Shown here: positions 27,831 to 36,457 of the stretch, piece after piece
Layout of the letters: each line of letters opens with the position of its first letter
Position numbering within the stretch: the stretch's first letter is position 1
The notes under the pieces: model-generated
Databases searched by the model: none
What the model was told of the DNA's origin: nothing
The model's input: the letters and a program-made list of their open reading frames with translations, nothing else
Translations under genes and position numbers: made by a program
Assembly (NCBI GenBank): GCA_964556115.1
Contig: CAZKVC010000007.1
Coordinates: forward strand, 3,207-67,206
Reading direction: 5' to 3'
Source: an uncultured Caulobacterales bacterium
GTDB taxonomy: Bacteria > Pseudomonadota > Alphaproteobacteria > Caulobacterales > Parvularculaceae
Length of the DNA: 64,000 nt

Positions 27831-28964
27831 TCAATTCGGTAGCGGGTTGCGCTTTGCGTAGGTGTTGAAGAAGGCGAGGAAGGCTGCGTCGGGGCGACGC
27901 GGCGCCTCCTTGCCCATGGCCCAGCGCCTCCATTCTTCGAGAACGCCGTATTTGTCATAGCCCGGGAAAAGGCGCGCGGCCTGCTCAAGCGCATATGAGC
28001 TGACCTCGAGATCGGCTGGCTCTGCTGCCGGTCCGGTCGCGGTCAGGGCCGGGGCCTGATGATCGGAAGGCGCTTCGATCTCCATTCGCCGGCGTTCGGG
28101 ACGGGGGCGTCCCTTGGGTCTGAAGAGGACCATCGGATTGCGCTTGCTCACCGCAGCGCCGAACCCGGCCGATTTGATGAGGCGCGCGCCGTCGGAATGA
28201 GGGTCGTCGACGATGGTCAAATCATATTCGGGAATGGGCTGGCGCCGCTCGATCTCGCGCAGCGCCGCCTTGAACTTCGCGGTGCGGTCTTCAGAGCCGA
28301 CTTTCTTCTGAAGCTTGGCGAGCCCGATATGAAAGAAGCGCTGCTGGCCGCAATGGACCCGCGCGATCTCGTAAAGGCGCCGCTCGATCGGCGAGAGCTG
28401 GAAGTAACTCGCATCATAGGTAAGGATCTTCTGGTCCTTGATGAGAGCCCGGTAGAGCCAGTCGCAAAGGCGCACCTTCACCTTGGACAGGCGCTTCGTG
28501 CCGTCGGCGTTCTTGGTGTAGCTCATCTTGGCTTCCGAGACCCATGAGAAGAAGCCGTCCTCCCCTTCCCCGCCCGCTTCGATGTTGGTCTTGATCTGCG
28601 TGCCCTGCAGCCGTTCGAGCGCACCGTGGATCCGCTGGTAGGACCGCGCGGAGCGGTTGGCGCCGATCACCCGGATGAAGTCATGGGCGGTGAAGGCATA
28701 TTCCTGGCTCGGCACGGCCTGGGACTTCATCTGGCTGACAAGGAGGCTCGCAATATAGAGGAGGATCTCCTTGTCGTAGATCGTGGCGACCCCTGTCTGG
28801 CTGGGGCGAACCTCGATCGAGACATAGTCGTCGGCATAGGTGATCGGCTGCATCCGGCGGCCCTTTGAAAGGGCGAAGAAGGGGAACGCCATGACGGAGC
28901 GCTCTCCCTTCACCTGACCATGAAGGGGGCTGTCGAGTTCGGTCAGCGTCAGTTGCTCGGCCAT
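27831..28964 (-). CDS. repA: Replication initiator protein A (RPA family plasmid RepA)
   Basis: MAEQLTLTELDSPLHGQVKGERSVMAFPFFALSKGRRMQPITY...VATIYDKEILLYIASLL...SPIERRLYEIARVHCG is typical of the RPA family. Divergent from parA. Start trimmed from 29348 to Met129. Confidence 0.85.
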   Translation of the reverse strand: MAEQLTLTELDSPLHGQVKGERSVMAFPFFALSKGRRMQPITYADDYVSIEVRPSQTGVATIYDKEILLYIASLLVSQMKSQAVPSQEYAFTAHDFIRVIGANRSARSYQRIHGALERLQGTQIKTNIEAGGEGEDGFFSWVSEAKMSYTKNADGTKRLSKVKVRLCDWLYRALIKDQKILTYDASYFQLSPIERRLYEIARVHCGQQRFFHIGLAKLQKKVGSEDRTAKFKAALREIERRQPIPEYDLTIVDDPHSDGARLIKSAGFGAAVSKRNPMVLFRPKGRPRPERRRMEIEAPSDHQAPALTATGPAAEPADLEVSSYALEQAARLFPGYDKYGVLEEWRRWAMGKEAPRRPDAAFLAFFNTYAKRNPLPN

Positions 28965-29170
28965 GATCGTCCTTAGCTTGCGTGGGCTTGGCGCCGGTAT
29001 TCCCGCCGCGGAAGCGCTAAGAGTCCACGATTCGTATTCGTGCCAACGGGGATTCATCCCCAATGCCACGAAGAATCGCTTCCCGGCACTTCGGTAAAGC
29101 CTTGTCTTCGGGGGATCTTGCACTCCCGGAGCTGTCGTTCGTGGTTTCAAGGACAGACCGGCACGAACGT

Positions 29171-29187
29171 CCCTGAAGGCACGAAGC
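29171..29187 (+). repeat. 17-bp direct repeat copy 1 (CCCTGAAGGCACGAAGC)
   Basis: Exact match to 29378..29394. Confidence 0.8.
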
Positions 29188-29377
29188 TGCCGAAGGCGAG
29201 TCGGCCCAAGGGCGATTCGGGATCGGCCTGGTGCTGCGGTTTTCTCCTCCCATCTTCGAAAACCCCAGCAAACCACGATTAGAAAGATTAAAGGGGTTAT
29301 TGGGTTAATGGCCGCGTAAGTGCCTGAACAACAAAGCGAAGTCAGCATTTGGCGTCCGTGTTGTCACGAGCGGCCTG

Positions 29378-29394
29378 CCCTGAAGGCACGAAGC
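29378..29394 (+). repeat. 17-bp direct repeat copy 2 (CCCTGAAGGCACGAAGC)
   Basis: Exact match to 29171..29187. Confidence 0.8.
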
Positions 29395-29560
29395 CCCGAT
29401 CCGTGTTCACACGACCGGTATGGGGCGATAGCACGAGGCTCTGTGAAGGGCTCATCCTTCAAAGCACGACTTCCGCGGGGCGAGCGAATCGTGATCTTGC
29501 CTGTGCCGCAGTTTTGTGCGCACCCTGCCGCAATCTGCAGCACGGAGTGGAGGCAACCTC

Positions 29561-30742
29561 ATGCAGCGGCCCGATAGCGCCACGCAGGATACAATTGCGC
29601 AGTTGGTTGCAACGGCTGACGGCATTCTCGGCTCGATGCGCGATGTCGCTGAAGACCGCGTGGCCGATACGGGGCCTCGGCGGTATCGTCTGACGGAGAC
29701 AGCCCAGCTGGTCGGCCGGTCTGTCGACGCGATCAGGCGGGCTGAAGCCAATGGCGACCTGCCTGAGCCGACTTTGCGCAGCTCAGGCCAGCGGCTTGGT
29801 TACACGCTGGAGGAGGTGAACCGGATGCGCGAGCATTTCGGGACCAGGCCGAAGCGGGCTTCGGACGATCCGCCGGTGATCCTTGCGATCCAGAACTTCA
29901 AGGGCGGGGTCGGTAAAAGCACGATCGCGTCCCACGCGGCGCAATATTTTGCCGAGCGGGGCTACCGGGTGTTGATCGTCGATACGGACAGCCAGGCGTC
30001 CACAACGACGCTCTTCGGTTTCAACCCTGATGCCGACATCGATACCGACACCACCCTGTTGCCCTACCTCATCGCAGACCGGTCCGATGGCCTCGGCTAT
30101 GCGGTCCGGCCGACCAGATGGGATGGGCTTGATCTCATTCCGGCCAATCTCGGGCTCTATTCTGCGGAATATATCCTCTCTCAGCAGGTGAAGGGTGACG
30201 TCTCGCGGCTTTCGCGGCTCAAGACAGGGCTTCTCGAAGCAGCGTCGAGCTATGACATCGTGATCATCGACCCGCCGCCTGCTCTGGGTATGATCTCCCT
30301 TTCCGTGTTGCAGGCCGCGTCGGCGATCCTTATCCCGACCCCGCCCTCCTCGATCGATTTCGCCTCGACGGCGGCTTATCTGGCCATGCTGGAAGAGGTG
30401 GTGGAGGCGCTGAACGCGCAGACGAACACCCCGGTCGAATATGACTTCGTCACGCTCCTCGCCACCAAGGTGGTGGAACAGAAGGGCGCCCACGAGGTCA
30501 TGCGTGAGGTCATGGGGCGGGCCTTTTCAGGCTCGATCCTGCCGACGGCCCTGCTCGATTCGGCGGAGTTCGATACAGCGTCGGTCGAGATGCGGACCGT
30601 TTTCGAGGCCAGCGGTGGGCAGTCCCGCACGGCGCGGCGGTGCCGGAACAACCTGCTCGCGGTGATGGGCGATCTTGAAAAGAAGGTCCGCCAGACCTGG
30701 CCCAGCCACCGCGCCCAATTGCGCCAGGAAGGAATCGCCTGA
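29561..30742 (+). CDS. parA: ParA/RepA-type partition ATPase with N-terminal HTH extension
   Basis: Deviant Walker A NFKGGVGKST, VLIVDTDSQAS, IIDPPPALG. N-terminal MerR-like segment YRLTETAQLVGRSVDAIRRAE. Start trimmed to MQRPDS after GGAGG. Confidence 0.9.
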   Translation: MQRPDSATQDTIAQLVATADGILGSMRDVAEDRVADTGPRRYRLTETAQLVGRSVDAIRRAEANGDLPEPTLRSSGQRLGYTLEEVNRMREHFGTRPKRASDDPPVILAIQNFKGGVGKSTIASHAAQYFAERGYRVLIVDTDSQASTTTLFGFNPDADIDTDTTLLPYLIADRSDGLGYAVRPTRWDGLDLIPANLGLYSAEYILSQQVKGDVSRLSRLKTGLLEAASSYDIVIIDPPPALGMISLSVLQAASAILIPTPPSSIDFASTAAYLAMLEEVVEALNAQTNTPVEYDFVTLLATKVVEQKGAHEVMREVMGRAFSGSILPTALLDSAEFDTASVEMRTVFEASGGQSRTARRCRNNLLAVMGDLEKKVRQTWPSHRAQLRQEGIA

Positions 30743-30750
30743 TCTTGTGG

Positions 30751-30774
30751 GCGGCGTGCACATGTGCACGCCGC
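30751..30774. repeat. Perfect 24-bp palindrome GCGGCGTGCACATGTGCACGCCGC (candidate parS 1)
   Basis: Read directly from the sequence in the parA-parB spacer. Confidence 0.6.
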
Positions 30775-30792
30775 GATCAGGTTCTTGACCCC

Positions 30793-30810
30793 GCGTGCAC
30801 ATGTGCACGC
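30793..30810. repeat. Perfect 18-bp palindrome GCGTGCACATGTGCACGC (candidate parS 2)
   Basis: Second copy of the same core, 19 nt before the parB ATG. Confidence 0.6.
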
Positions 30811-30828
30811 AACCAGCGGAAGGAAGCC

Positions 30829-31791
30829 ATGGCCCGCAAACGTGCACGTATCCTCGCTGATGCGATCAGCGCTCGCATCGAAACCCCGCGCGACGAAGAA
30901 ACCCCGCGGCGTGACTATACCGGGGAGCGCGAAAGCCTGATCGCCGATGCCTCTGAAGGAAGGCTGCGCAATGGCAAGCTGCGTCTGGTAGACCCCGCCG
31001 AGTGCCGGATGTGGAAAGGGCACAACCGTCTTTATGACCTTCTGAGTCCCGAAGGCTGCGGTGAACTCATCAAGTCGATCAAGGCTGTGGGGCGGCAGGA
31101 AATGCCTGCCATCGTCCGGCCCGTGACAGGCGAAGGGACGGTGAAATACGAGGTCATCTGCGGCGCGCGCCGGCATTTCGCCGTCAGCTACCTTCGTGAG
31201 CAGGAGCACCGTCAGGACATCCTCTACCTCGTCGATATCCGCGATATCTCCGATGAAGAAGCTTTTCGCCTCGCGGACCTCGAGAACCGTGAGCGCGAGG
31301 ACATCAGCGACTATGAGCGGTCGCGCGACTACGGCCGCGCCCTCCATGCCTATTATGACGGCAAGAAAGCGCTCATGGCGGAAAGGATCGGCGTCGATCG
31401 TACATGGCTGTCGCGCTATCTGCGCATCGGCGAGCTGCCGGAGGACATCCTTCGTGCTTACGGAGACGTTCGGGGTATCGGCATCCGTCATGCCGCCGAG
31501 TTATCTCCCCTGCTTGCCGGAAATGCCCGGGGCGCCATCCTGGAAGAAGCGCAGAACATCGCCGTGCTTCGTGACAACGGGGATTCGCTTTCCGCTTCGG
31601 CTGTCCTTCACCGTCTCAAGGCGGCCGCGATTCCTTCCAAACCGCGGGCGATCGAGAAGGTCACCGATGATGACGGCCGCGCCCTCCTCACCGCGGAAAC
31701 CAAGGCCCGCAGCCTGGTTCTGACCATCCCGCGCGGCCGTCTCCGGGACCGCGAAATCCTTCTTCGGGCGATCGAAGCTCTTCTGGACTAA
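30829..31791 (+). CDS. parB: ParB/RepB-type partition protein
   Basis: LVDPAECRMWKGHNR, ParB box VICGARRHFA, HTH KALMAERIGVDRTWLSRYLRI. Start trimmed to MARKRA; the track start at 30745 would read through the palindromes. Confidence 0.9.
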   Translation: MARKRARILADAISARIETPRDEETPRRDYTGERESLIADASEGRLRNGKLRLVDPAECRMWKGHNRLYDLLSPEGCGELIKSIKAVGRQEMPAIVRPVTGEGTVKYEVICGARRHFAVSYLREQEHRQDILYLVDIRDISDEEAFRLADLENREREDISDYERSRDYGRALHAYYDGKKALMAERIGVDRTWLSRYLRIGELPEDILRAYGDVRGIGIRHAAELSPLLAGNARGAILEEAQNIAVLRDNGDSLSASAVLHRLKAAAIPSKPRAIEKVTDDDGRALLTAETKARSLVLTIPRGRLRDREILLRAIEALLD

Positions 31792-32669
31792 GGGTTGCTC
31801 CGGGTCGCTTTCGAAAGCGCCCGGTAGGCATCGTCCAGCACCCGGTCGATCGCGTCCGTGTCGATCTCCGGGGGGGGCGCCGGGTTCGTGCGATCGGGGA
31901 CGGCGGCGGGCCCGGAGATATTCTCCGCTAGATAGATGATCCAGCGCTGACGCTCGACAGCCCGGCGGATGACGCCGATCTCCTCGAGCCGCCGCAGCAG
32001 CCGCGCTGCCGCCTGCCGGGTGAGGCCGAGCGTCTCGGCTACGTAACGCGGGGTCAGGGCGTGAAAGGTCCCCAATAACACGAGAGCATCGCCCAGGCGG
32101 CTGTCTGCGCGCATGGCAGGCAGGGCGCCTTGCCAGCGCGAAAAGTCCCGCTCGAGCGTCATGAGCCGCCTTTCGCTCTTCCCCGCTTCGTCCGCGAGGC
32201 GATCGACAAACGACGTCCTCCAATCAGGGCCTGCCTCACCGCTCGGCAGGCTCCGCGCGGCGCAGGGCAGGGGCCATCCGGTCTGCTGCGCGAGCCGAAG
32301 GGGCGCCTCAAGGGCAAGGTCACCTGCGGGCATCCCTTCCTTCACCAGCGCTTCGACCTCCTTCGTGATTTCAGGGACGAAGCTGGCAGGTTCGCGGGTG
32401 ACCCTGCCGCCCCAGAGGCGCAGGGCCTGACTCCAGAAGCGCTGGGCCGCACGGTCCGCTACATCCAGCCTCCGCCCCGGCACGCCGGCCCCGAGCGCCA
32501 TCAGCGCGTCGGCTGAAATCGGCGAGGCCCCGCGGCTATAAAGCTCGGAGACCAGTACGGCGGTCTCATGGGCAAGCCAGAGACGGCGCAGCGGTGAGCG
32601 GTCGAGCGCAGCCGACAACCGCCCCAGGCGAAACTGGCAAGTGGAAAGGACGGCTTCGGAGATCGGCAT
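31788..32669 (-). CDS. Plasmid-associated winged-HTH protein (resembles DUF1612/RHE_PE00001-type proteins; tentative)
   Basis: C-terminal wHTH LTPRYVAETLGLTRQAAARLLRRLEEIGVIRR. Its position next to a rep/par module is as seen for this family. The family assignment is from memory only. Confidence 0.45.
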   Translation of the reverse strand: MPISEAVLSTCQFRLGRLSAALDRSPLRRLWLAHETAVLVSELYSRGASPISADALMALGAGVPGRRLDVADRAAQRFWSQALRLWGGRVTREPASFVPEITKEVEALVKEGMPAGDLALEAPLRLAQQTGWPLPCAARSLPSGEAGPDWRTSFVDRLADEAGKSERRLMTLERDFSRWQGALPAMRADSRLGDALVLLGTFHALTPRYVAETLGLTRQAAARLLRRLEEIGVIRRAVERQRWIIYLAENISGPAAVPDRTNPAPPPEIDTDAIDRVLDDAYRALSKATRSNP

Positions 32670-32827
32670 GAGGAACGTCTTTCGCGTCGAGCGGTTCCAC
32701 TCATGCCGCCTCCCGCAGAAGCCATCAAGCGCCGTGGTGAAGCTTCGTGGTTACAGGGACAATTTTCTCACTTGAAGAGGGAGGCTTTCTCTTGCGGCGC
32801 AGCATGAGCCAGTATCAAACTTCAGTG

Positions 32828-33976
32828 ATGACGAAGCCGACGCAACGACCCGCCAATCCGTCCTTCTCATCCGGCCCATGTGCCAAGCGGCCGGGTTGGG
32901 ACGCGTCGCAGCTTGCCTCTGCGACCCTCGGCCGTTCGCACCGCTCGTCATTGGGCAAGGAGCGTCTGAAGCAGGCCATCGACAAGACCCGCACGGTTCT
33001 TGAGGTCCCCGATAGTCACCTCATCGGCATCGTCCCGGCATCCGACACTGGCGCGGTGGAGATCGCGATGTGGAACCTCCTCGGTTCCCGGCCGGTGACG
33101 GTGGCGGCATGGGAGAGCTTCGGCCTCGACTGGGTCAAGGACGCCGCGAGCGAGCTGAAGCTCGACCCGACCATCCTGCGCGCGGACTATGGCGCGCTGC
33201 CAGATCTCGGCGGGATCGACTTCCGCCATGATGTTGTTTTCACGTGGAACGGCACGACCTCCGGCGTGCGCGTGCCGAATGGTGATTTCATCCCCGACGA
33301 CCGCGAGGGGCTGACGATCTGCGATGCGACCTCCGCCGCTTTCGCCCAGCCCTTGCCGTGGGCTAAGCTCGATGCGGTGACCTTTTCCTGGCAGAAGGTC
33401 CTCGGCGGCGAGGCGCAGCACGGCATTCTCATCCTCGGCCCCCGGGCGGCCGAGCGCATCGACAGCTACCGGCCGCCATGGCCGCTGCCCAAACTCTTCC
33501 GCCTCAAGAAGGACGGCAGGCTCAATCGCAAGGTCTTCGAAGGCGAAACCATCAACACGCCTTCCATGCTCTGCGTCGAGGACTATCTCGATGCTCTTGA
33601 CTGGGCGGAAGGCCTGGGTGGGCTCAGCGCCCTTCACCAGCGGGCCGACCGTAACCTCACGGTCCTGACAGCATGGGTGGAGAAAACATCCTGGGTCGGT
33701 TTCCTTGCCCCCGAGGCGATCCGTTCGAACACATCGGTCTGCCTGACGATCGAGGACCCGCGGGTCGGAGGGCTCGACGAGGAGGGGCGGCAGGCTTTCG
33801 TCAAGCGGCTGACCGGACGCCTCGCCGCCGAAGACGCCGCCTATGACATCGCGGGCTACCGCGCCGCGCCCCCGGGCCTTCGCATCTGGTGCGGCGCCAC
33901 GGTCGAAGAAGCGGATCTCGCACTCCTGACCGAATGGCTCGACTGGGCCTTCGATGAAACGATCCGTACCCTGTAA
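32828..33976 (+). CDS. serC: Phosphoserine aminotransferase
   Basis: RPANPSFSSGPCAKRPGW N-terminus and FSWQKVLGGEAQHG (PLP Lys) typical of alphaproteobacterial SerC. Start may be 32804. Confidence 0.9.
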   Translation: MTKPTQRPANPSFSSGPCAKRPGWDASQLASATLGRSHRSSLGKERLKQAIDKTRTVLEVPDSHLIGIVPASDTGAVEIAMWNLLGSRPVTVAAWESFGLDWVKDAASELKLDPTILRADYGALPDLGGIDFRHDVVFTWNGTTSGVRVPNGDFIPDDREGLTICDATSAAFAQPLPWAKLDAVTFSWQKVLGGEAQHGILILGPRAAERIDSYRPPWPLPKLFRLKKDGRLNRKVFEGETINTPSMLCVEDYLDALDWAEGLGGLSALHQRADRNLTVLTAWVEKTSWVGFLAPEAIRSNTSVCLTIEDPRVGGLDEEGRQAFVKRLTGRLAAEDAAYDIAGYRAAPPGLRIWCGATVEEADLALLTEWLDWAFDETIRTL

Positions 33977-34000
33977 CACAGACGCCGAGAAGGTCACGCC

Positions 34001-35587
34001 ATGGTCAAGGTCCTCATTTCCGACAAGCTGGGCGAGGATGCGGTGCGTATCCTCGAAGCGCGCCGTATCGAGACGGTTTTCGCGCCCGATCTGGGCAAGG
34101 ACCCGCAGGCGCTGAAGGAAGCGGTTGCGGATATCGACGGCCTCGCCATCCGCTCGGCCACCACCGCCACGGCGGAACTGATCGCCGCTGCGCCGAAGCT
34201 GAAGGTGATCGGCCGCGCCGGAATAGGCGTCGACAACATCGACATCCCGGCCGCCACCGCCGCCGGCATCGCCGTGATGAACACGCCCTTCGGCAACGCC
34301 GTGACCACCGCGGAGCATGCCCTCGCCATGATGTTCGCGATCTCGCGGCACATTCCGCAGGCAGACGCTTCGATCAAGGAGGGGCGCTGGGAGAAGTCGG
34401 CCTTCATGGGGCGCGAGCTCTTCGGCAAGACCCTCGGGCTGATCGGCTGCGGGAATATCGGCGGTATCGTCGCCTCGCGTGCACAGGCGCTCAGGATGAA
34501 GGTGATCGTCTACGATCCTTTCCTCTCCGAAGAACGCGCGGCAGAGCTCGGGGTCCGGCTTGTGGAGCTCGGCGAGCTGGCGGCACGCGCCGATTTCGTC
34601 AGCCTGCACACACCGCTCAATGCCAAGACCCGCGGCATTGTGGGGGAGGGTTTTCTCCGCTCGATGCGCAAGGGCAGTTACCTCGTCAACTGCGCGAGGG
34701 GAGGGCTGGTCGATGAGCGCGCCCTCGCTGAAGCCCTGCGCGAGGGGCCGCTCGCAGGCGCCGCACTCGATGTCTTCGAGGAGGAGCCCCTGGGCGAAAG
34801 CCCGCTGCGTGCGCTCCCCAATATCGTCATGACCCCGCATCTTGGCGCGTCGACCCGCGAGGCGCAGGAGAATGTCGCGGTGCAGATCGCCGAGCAGATC
34901 GCCGACTACCTTCTCGACGGCGCGGTCCAGAACGCGCTCAACATGCCTTCGGTCACGGCCGAGGAAGCGCCGGTCCTCCGGCCGTTCATGGCCCTTGGCG
35001 AAACCCTGGGCAGCCTGGCGGGCCAGCTTTCCGCAGGCGCGCTGACGGGCATCACCATCAAGCTGGCGGGGGAGGTCGCAAGGCTGAACGCCGCGCCGAT
35101 CGTCTCCGGCGTCGTCGCCGCGGCAATGAAACCGCAGCTCGATACGGTGAACACGGTCAATGCCGTCGCCCTGGCCAGGGAACGGGGCATCGCTCTTACG
35201 GAGGAGAAGACAGAGACCTCACGCAACTTCGGCAGTACCCTGACCGTCAGGGTTCAGTCCAAGGACGCATCATGGGAGGTGACCGGCGCCCTCTTCGGCG
35301 GTGAGCCCCGCATTGTCAGGCTGGGTGAGGTCCGGCTGGAAGCGTCGATCACCGAGCACATGCTTTTCGTCATCAATGACGACAAGCCCGGTTTCATCGG
35401 CTCGCTCGGCGAGGTCCTGCGCGGCGCAGATATCAACGTTGCGACCTTCAACCTCGGACGCAGAGAGCAGGGGGCCGAGGCCATGGCGCTCATCGCTCTC
35501 GATAATGCGATGACGGATGAGACGCTTCGTGCGATCGAGGACCTGCCTCAGGTCCGCCGCGCTGTCCTCATGCGCTTCGTGTCATGA
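34001..35587 (+). CDS. serA: D-3-phosphoglycerate dehydrogenase
   Basis: GLIGCGNIGG NAD fold, NCARGGLVDE, HLGAST, and a C-terminal ACT domain. Confidence 0.9.
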   Translation: MVKVLISDKLGEDAVRILEARRIETVFAPDLGKDPQALKEAVADIDGLAIRSATTATAELIAAAPKLKVIGRAGIGVDNIDIPAATAAGIAVMNTPFGNAVTTAEHALAMMFAISRHIPQADASIKEGRWEKSAFMGRELFGKTLGLIGCGNIGGIVASRAQALRMKVIVYDPFLSEERAAELGVRLVELGELAARADFVSLHTPLNAKTRGIVGEGFLRSMRKGSYLVNCARGGLVDERALAEALREGPLAGAALDVFEEEPLGESPLRALPNIVMTPHLGASTREAQENVAVQIAEQIADYLLDGAVQNALNMPSVTAEEAPVLRPFMALGETLGSLAGQLSAGALTGITIKLAGEVARLNAAPIVSGVVAAAMKPQLDTVNTVNAVALARERGIALTEEKTETSRNFGSTLTVRVQSKDASWEVTGALFGGEPRIVRLGEVRLEASITEHMLFVINDDKPGFIGSLGEVLRGADINVATFNLGRREQGAEAMALIALDNAMTDETLRAIEDLPQVRRAVLMRFVS

Positions 35588-36453
35588 CGGACCACGCCGT
35601 CGTCCTTCTGGGGGAGCGCGCGGCCGAGGCGCTGGCGGTGGCGATGCGGCAGATCGGCCTTCCGGTCCGGCCGCTCGGCACGAAGGCGGCGGAAGTTCAT
35701 CTGGATAAGGATCGTGCTTTCAGGGTCGCGAGGGCTCTGGCCGCGCAAAGGGGCTACGACGCTGCCGCCGTCCCGCTCGAGGGGCGGGAGAAGTCCGTTC
35801 TGGTGGCCGACATGGACGCGACCATCATCGGGCAGGAGAGCCTCGACGTCCTCGCTGCCGCATACGGTTTCGGACGGCAGGTCGCTGCGATCACCGAAAA
35901 GGCGATGGCTGGAGAGATCGAGTTCGACGAGGCGCTGCGCATCAGGGTCAAGCTCCTCAAGGGACAGTCGCTGGAGGATGCGGCATCGATCCTCAAACGG
36001 AAGATCACCATCAATGACGGCGCCGAAATCCTTGTTCGCACGATGGCGGCGCGGGGGGCGCGCTGCGCTTTGGTGACGGGCGGTTTCGATGTCTTCGCAG
36101 GCCCGGTTGCCGAGCGGCTCGGCTTTCACGATGTCTTTGCCAACCGGCTCCGCTCCGCCGATGGTGTCCTCACAGGCGACGTGGCGGAGCCGATCCTAGG
36201 GCGCAGCGCGAAGGAAGAGGCCCTCTTGCGTGTCTGCGGGGAGGCCGGACTTTCGCCGGCCGCCGCCAGTGCGCTTGGTGACGGGGCCAATGACCGGGCG
36301 ATGATCGAGAAGGCGGGCCTCGGCGTCGGCTACCGCGCCAAGGCTGTCCTGGCCAAGGCTGCAGATGTCAATCTTCGGCATGCGGACCTCACCGCCGTCC
36401 TGTCGCTTCAGGGCATACCCGAGAACGAATGGTGGCGGCCGGACACGGCCTAG
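35584..36453 (+). CDS. serB: Phosphoserine phosphatase
   Basis: HAD motif I VADMDATIIGQES, VTGGF, and GDGANDRAMIEKAGLGVGY. 4-nt overlap with serA. Confidence 0.85.
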   Translation: MTDHAVVLLGERAAEALAVAMRQIGLPVRPLGTKAAEVHLDKDRAFRVARALAAQRGYDAAAVPLEGREKSVLVADMDATIIGQESLDVLAAAYGFGRQVAAITEKAMAGEIEFDEALRIRVKLLKGQSLEDAASILKRKITINDGAEILVRTMAARGARCALVTGGFDVFAGPVAERLGFHDVFANRLRSADGVLTGDVAEPILGRSAKEEALLRVCGEAGLSPAAASALGDGANDRAMIEKAGLGVGYRAKAVLAKAADVNLRHADLTAVLSLQGIPENEWWRPDTA

Positions 36454-36457
36454 CGGG

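Larger units (their letters stand above)
28965..29560. other. Candidate replication origin / divergent repA-parA control region
   Basis: About 600 bp non-coding. It holds at least 10 copies of a (G/C)CACGA(A/G) core in both orientations, an exact 17-bp direct repeat, short inverted repeats (CACGA-N7-TCGTG about 29026..29042; GGGGAT-tc-ATCCCC about 29048..29061) and an AT-rich stretch about 29271..29310. Confidence 0.5.

Noticed and set aside
29280-29310. CtrA or DnaA boxes in the candidate origin
   Set aside because: TTAA tetramers are present (GATTAAAGGGGTTATTGGGTTAATGG), but the spacing is N13 rather than N7. No TTATCCACA-like DnaA box was found, so I make no claim.
28965-29348. 128-codon N-terminal extension of the repA ORF
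   Set aside because: The homology-like sequence begins at MAEQLTLTELD. The extension runs through the iteron-like repeats and the AT-rich patch and has non-protein-like composition.
32948-34840. 630-aa minus-strand ORF
   Set aside because: It is antisense to serC and serA, both unambiguous. It is a shadow ORF.
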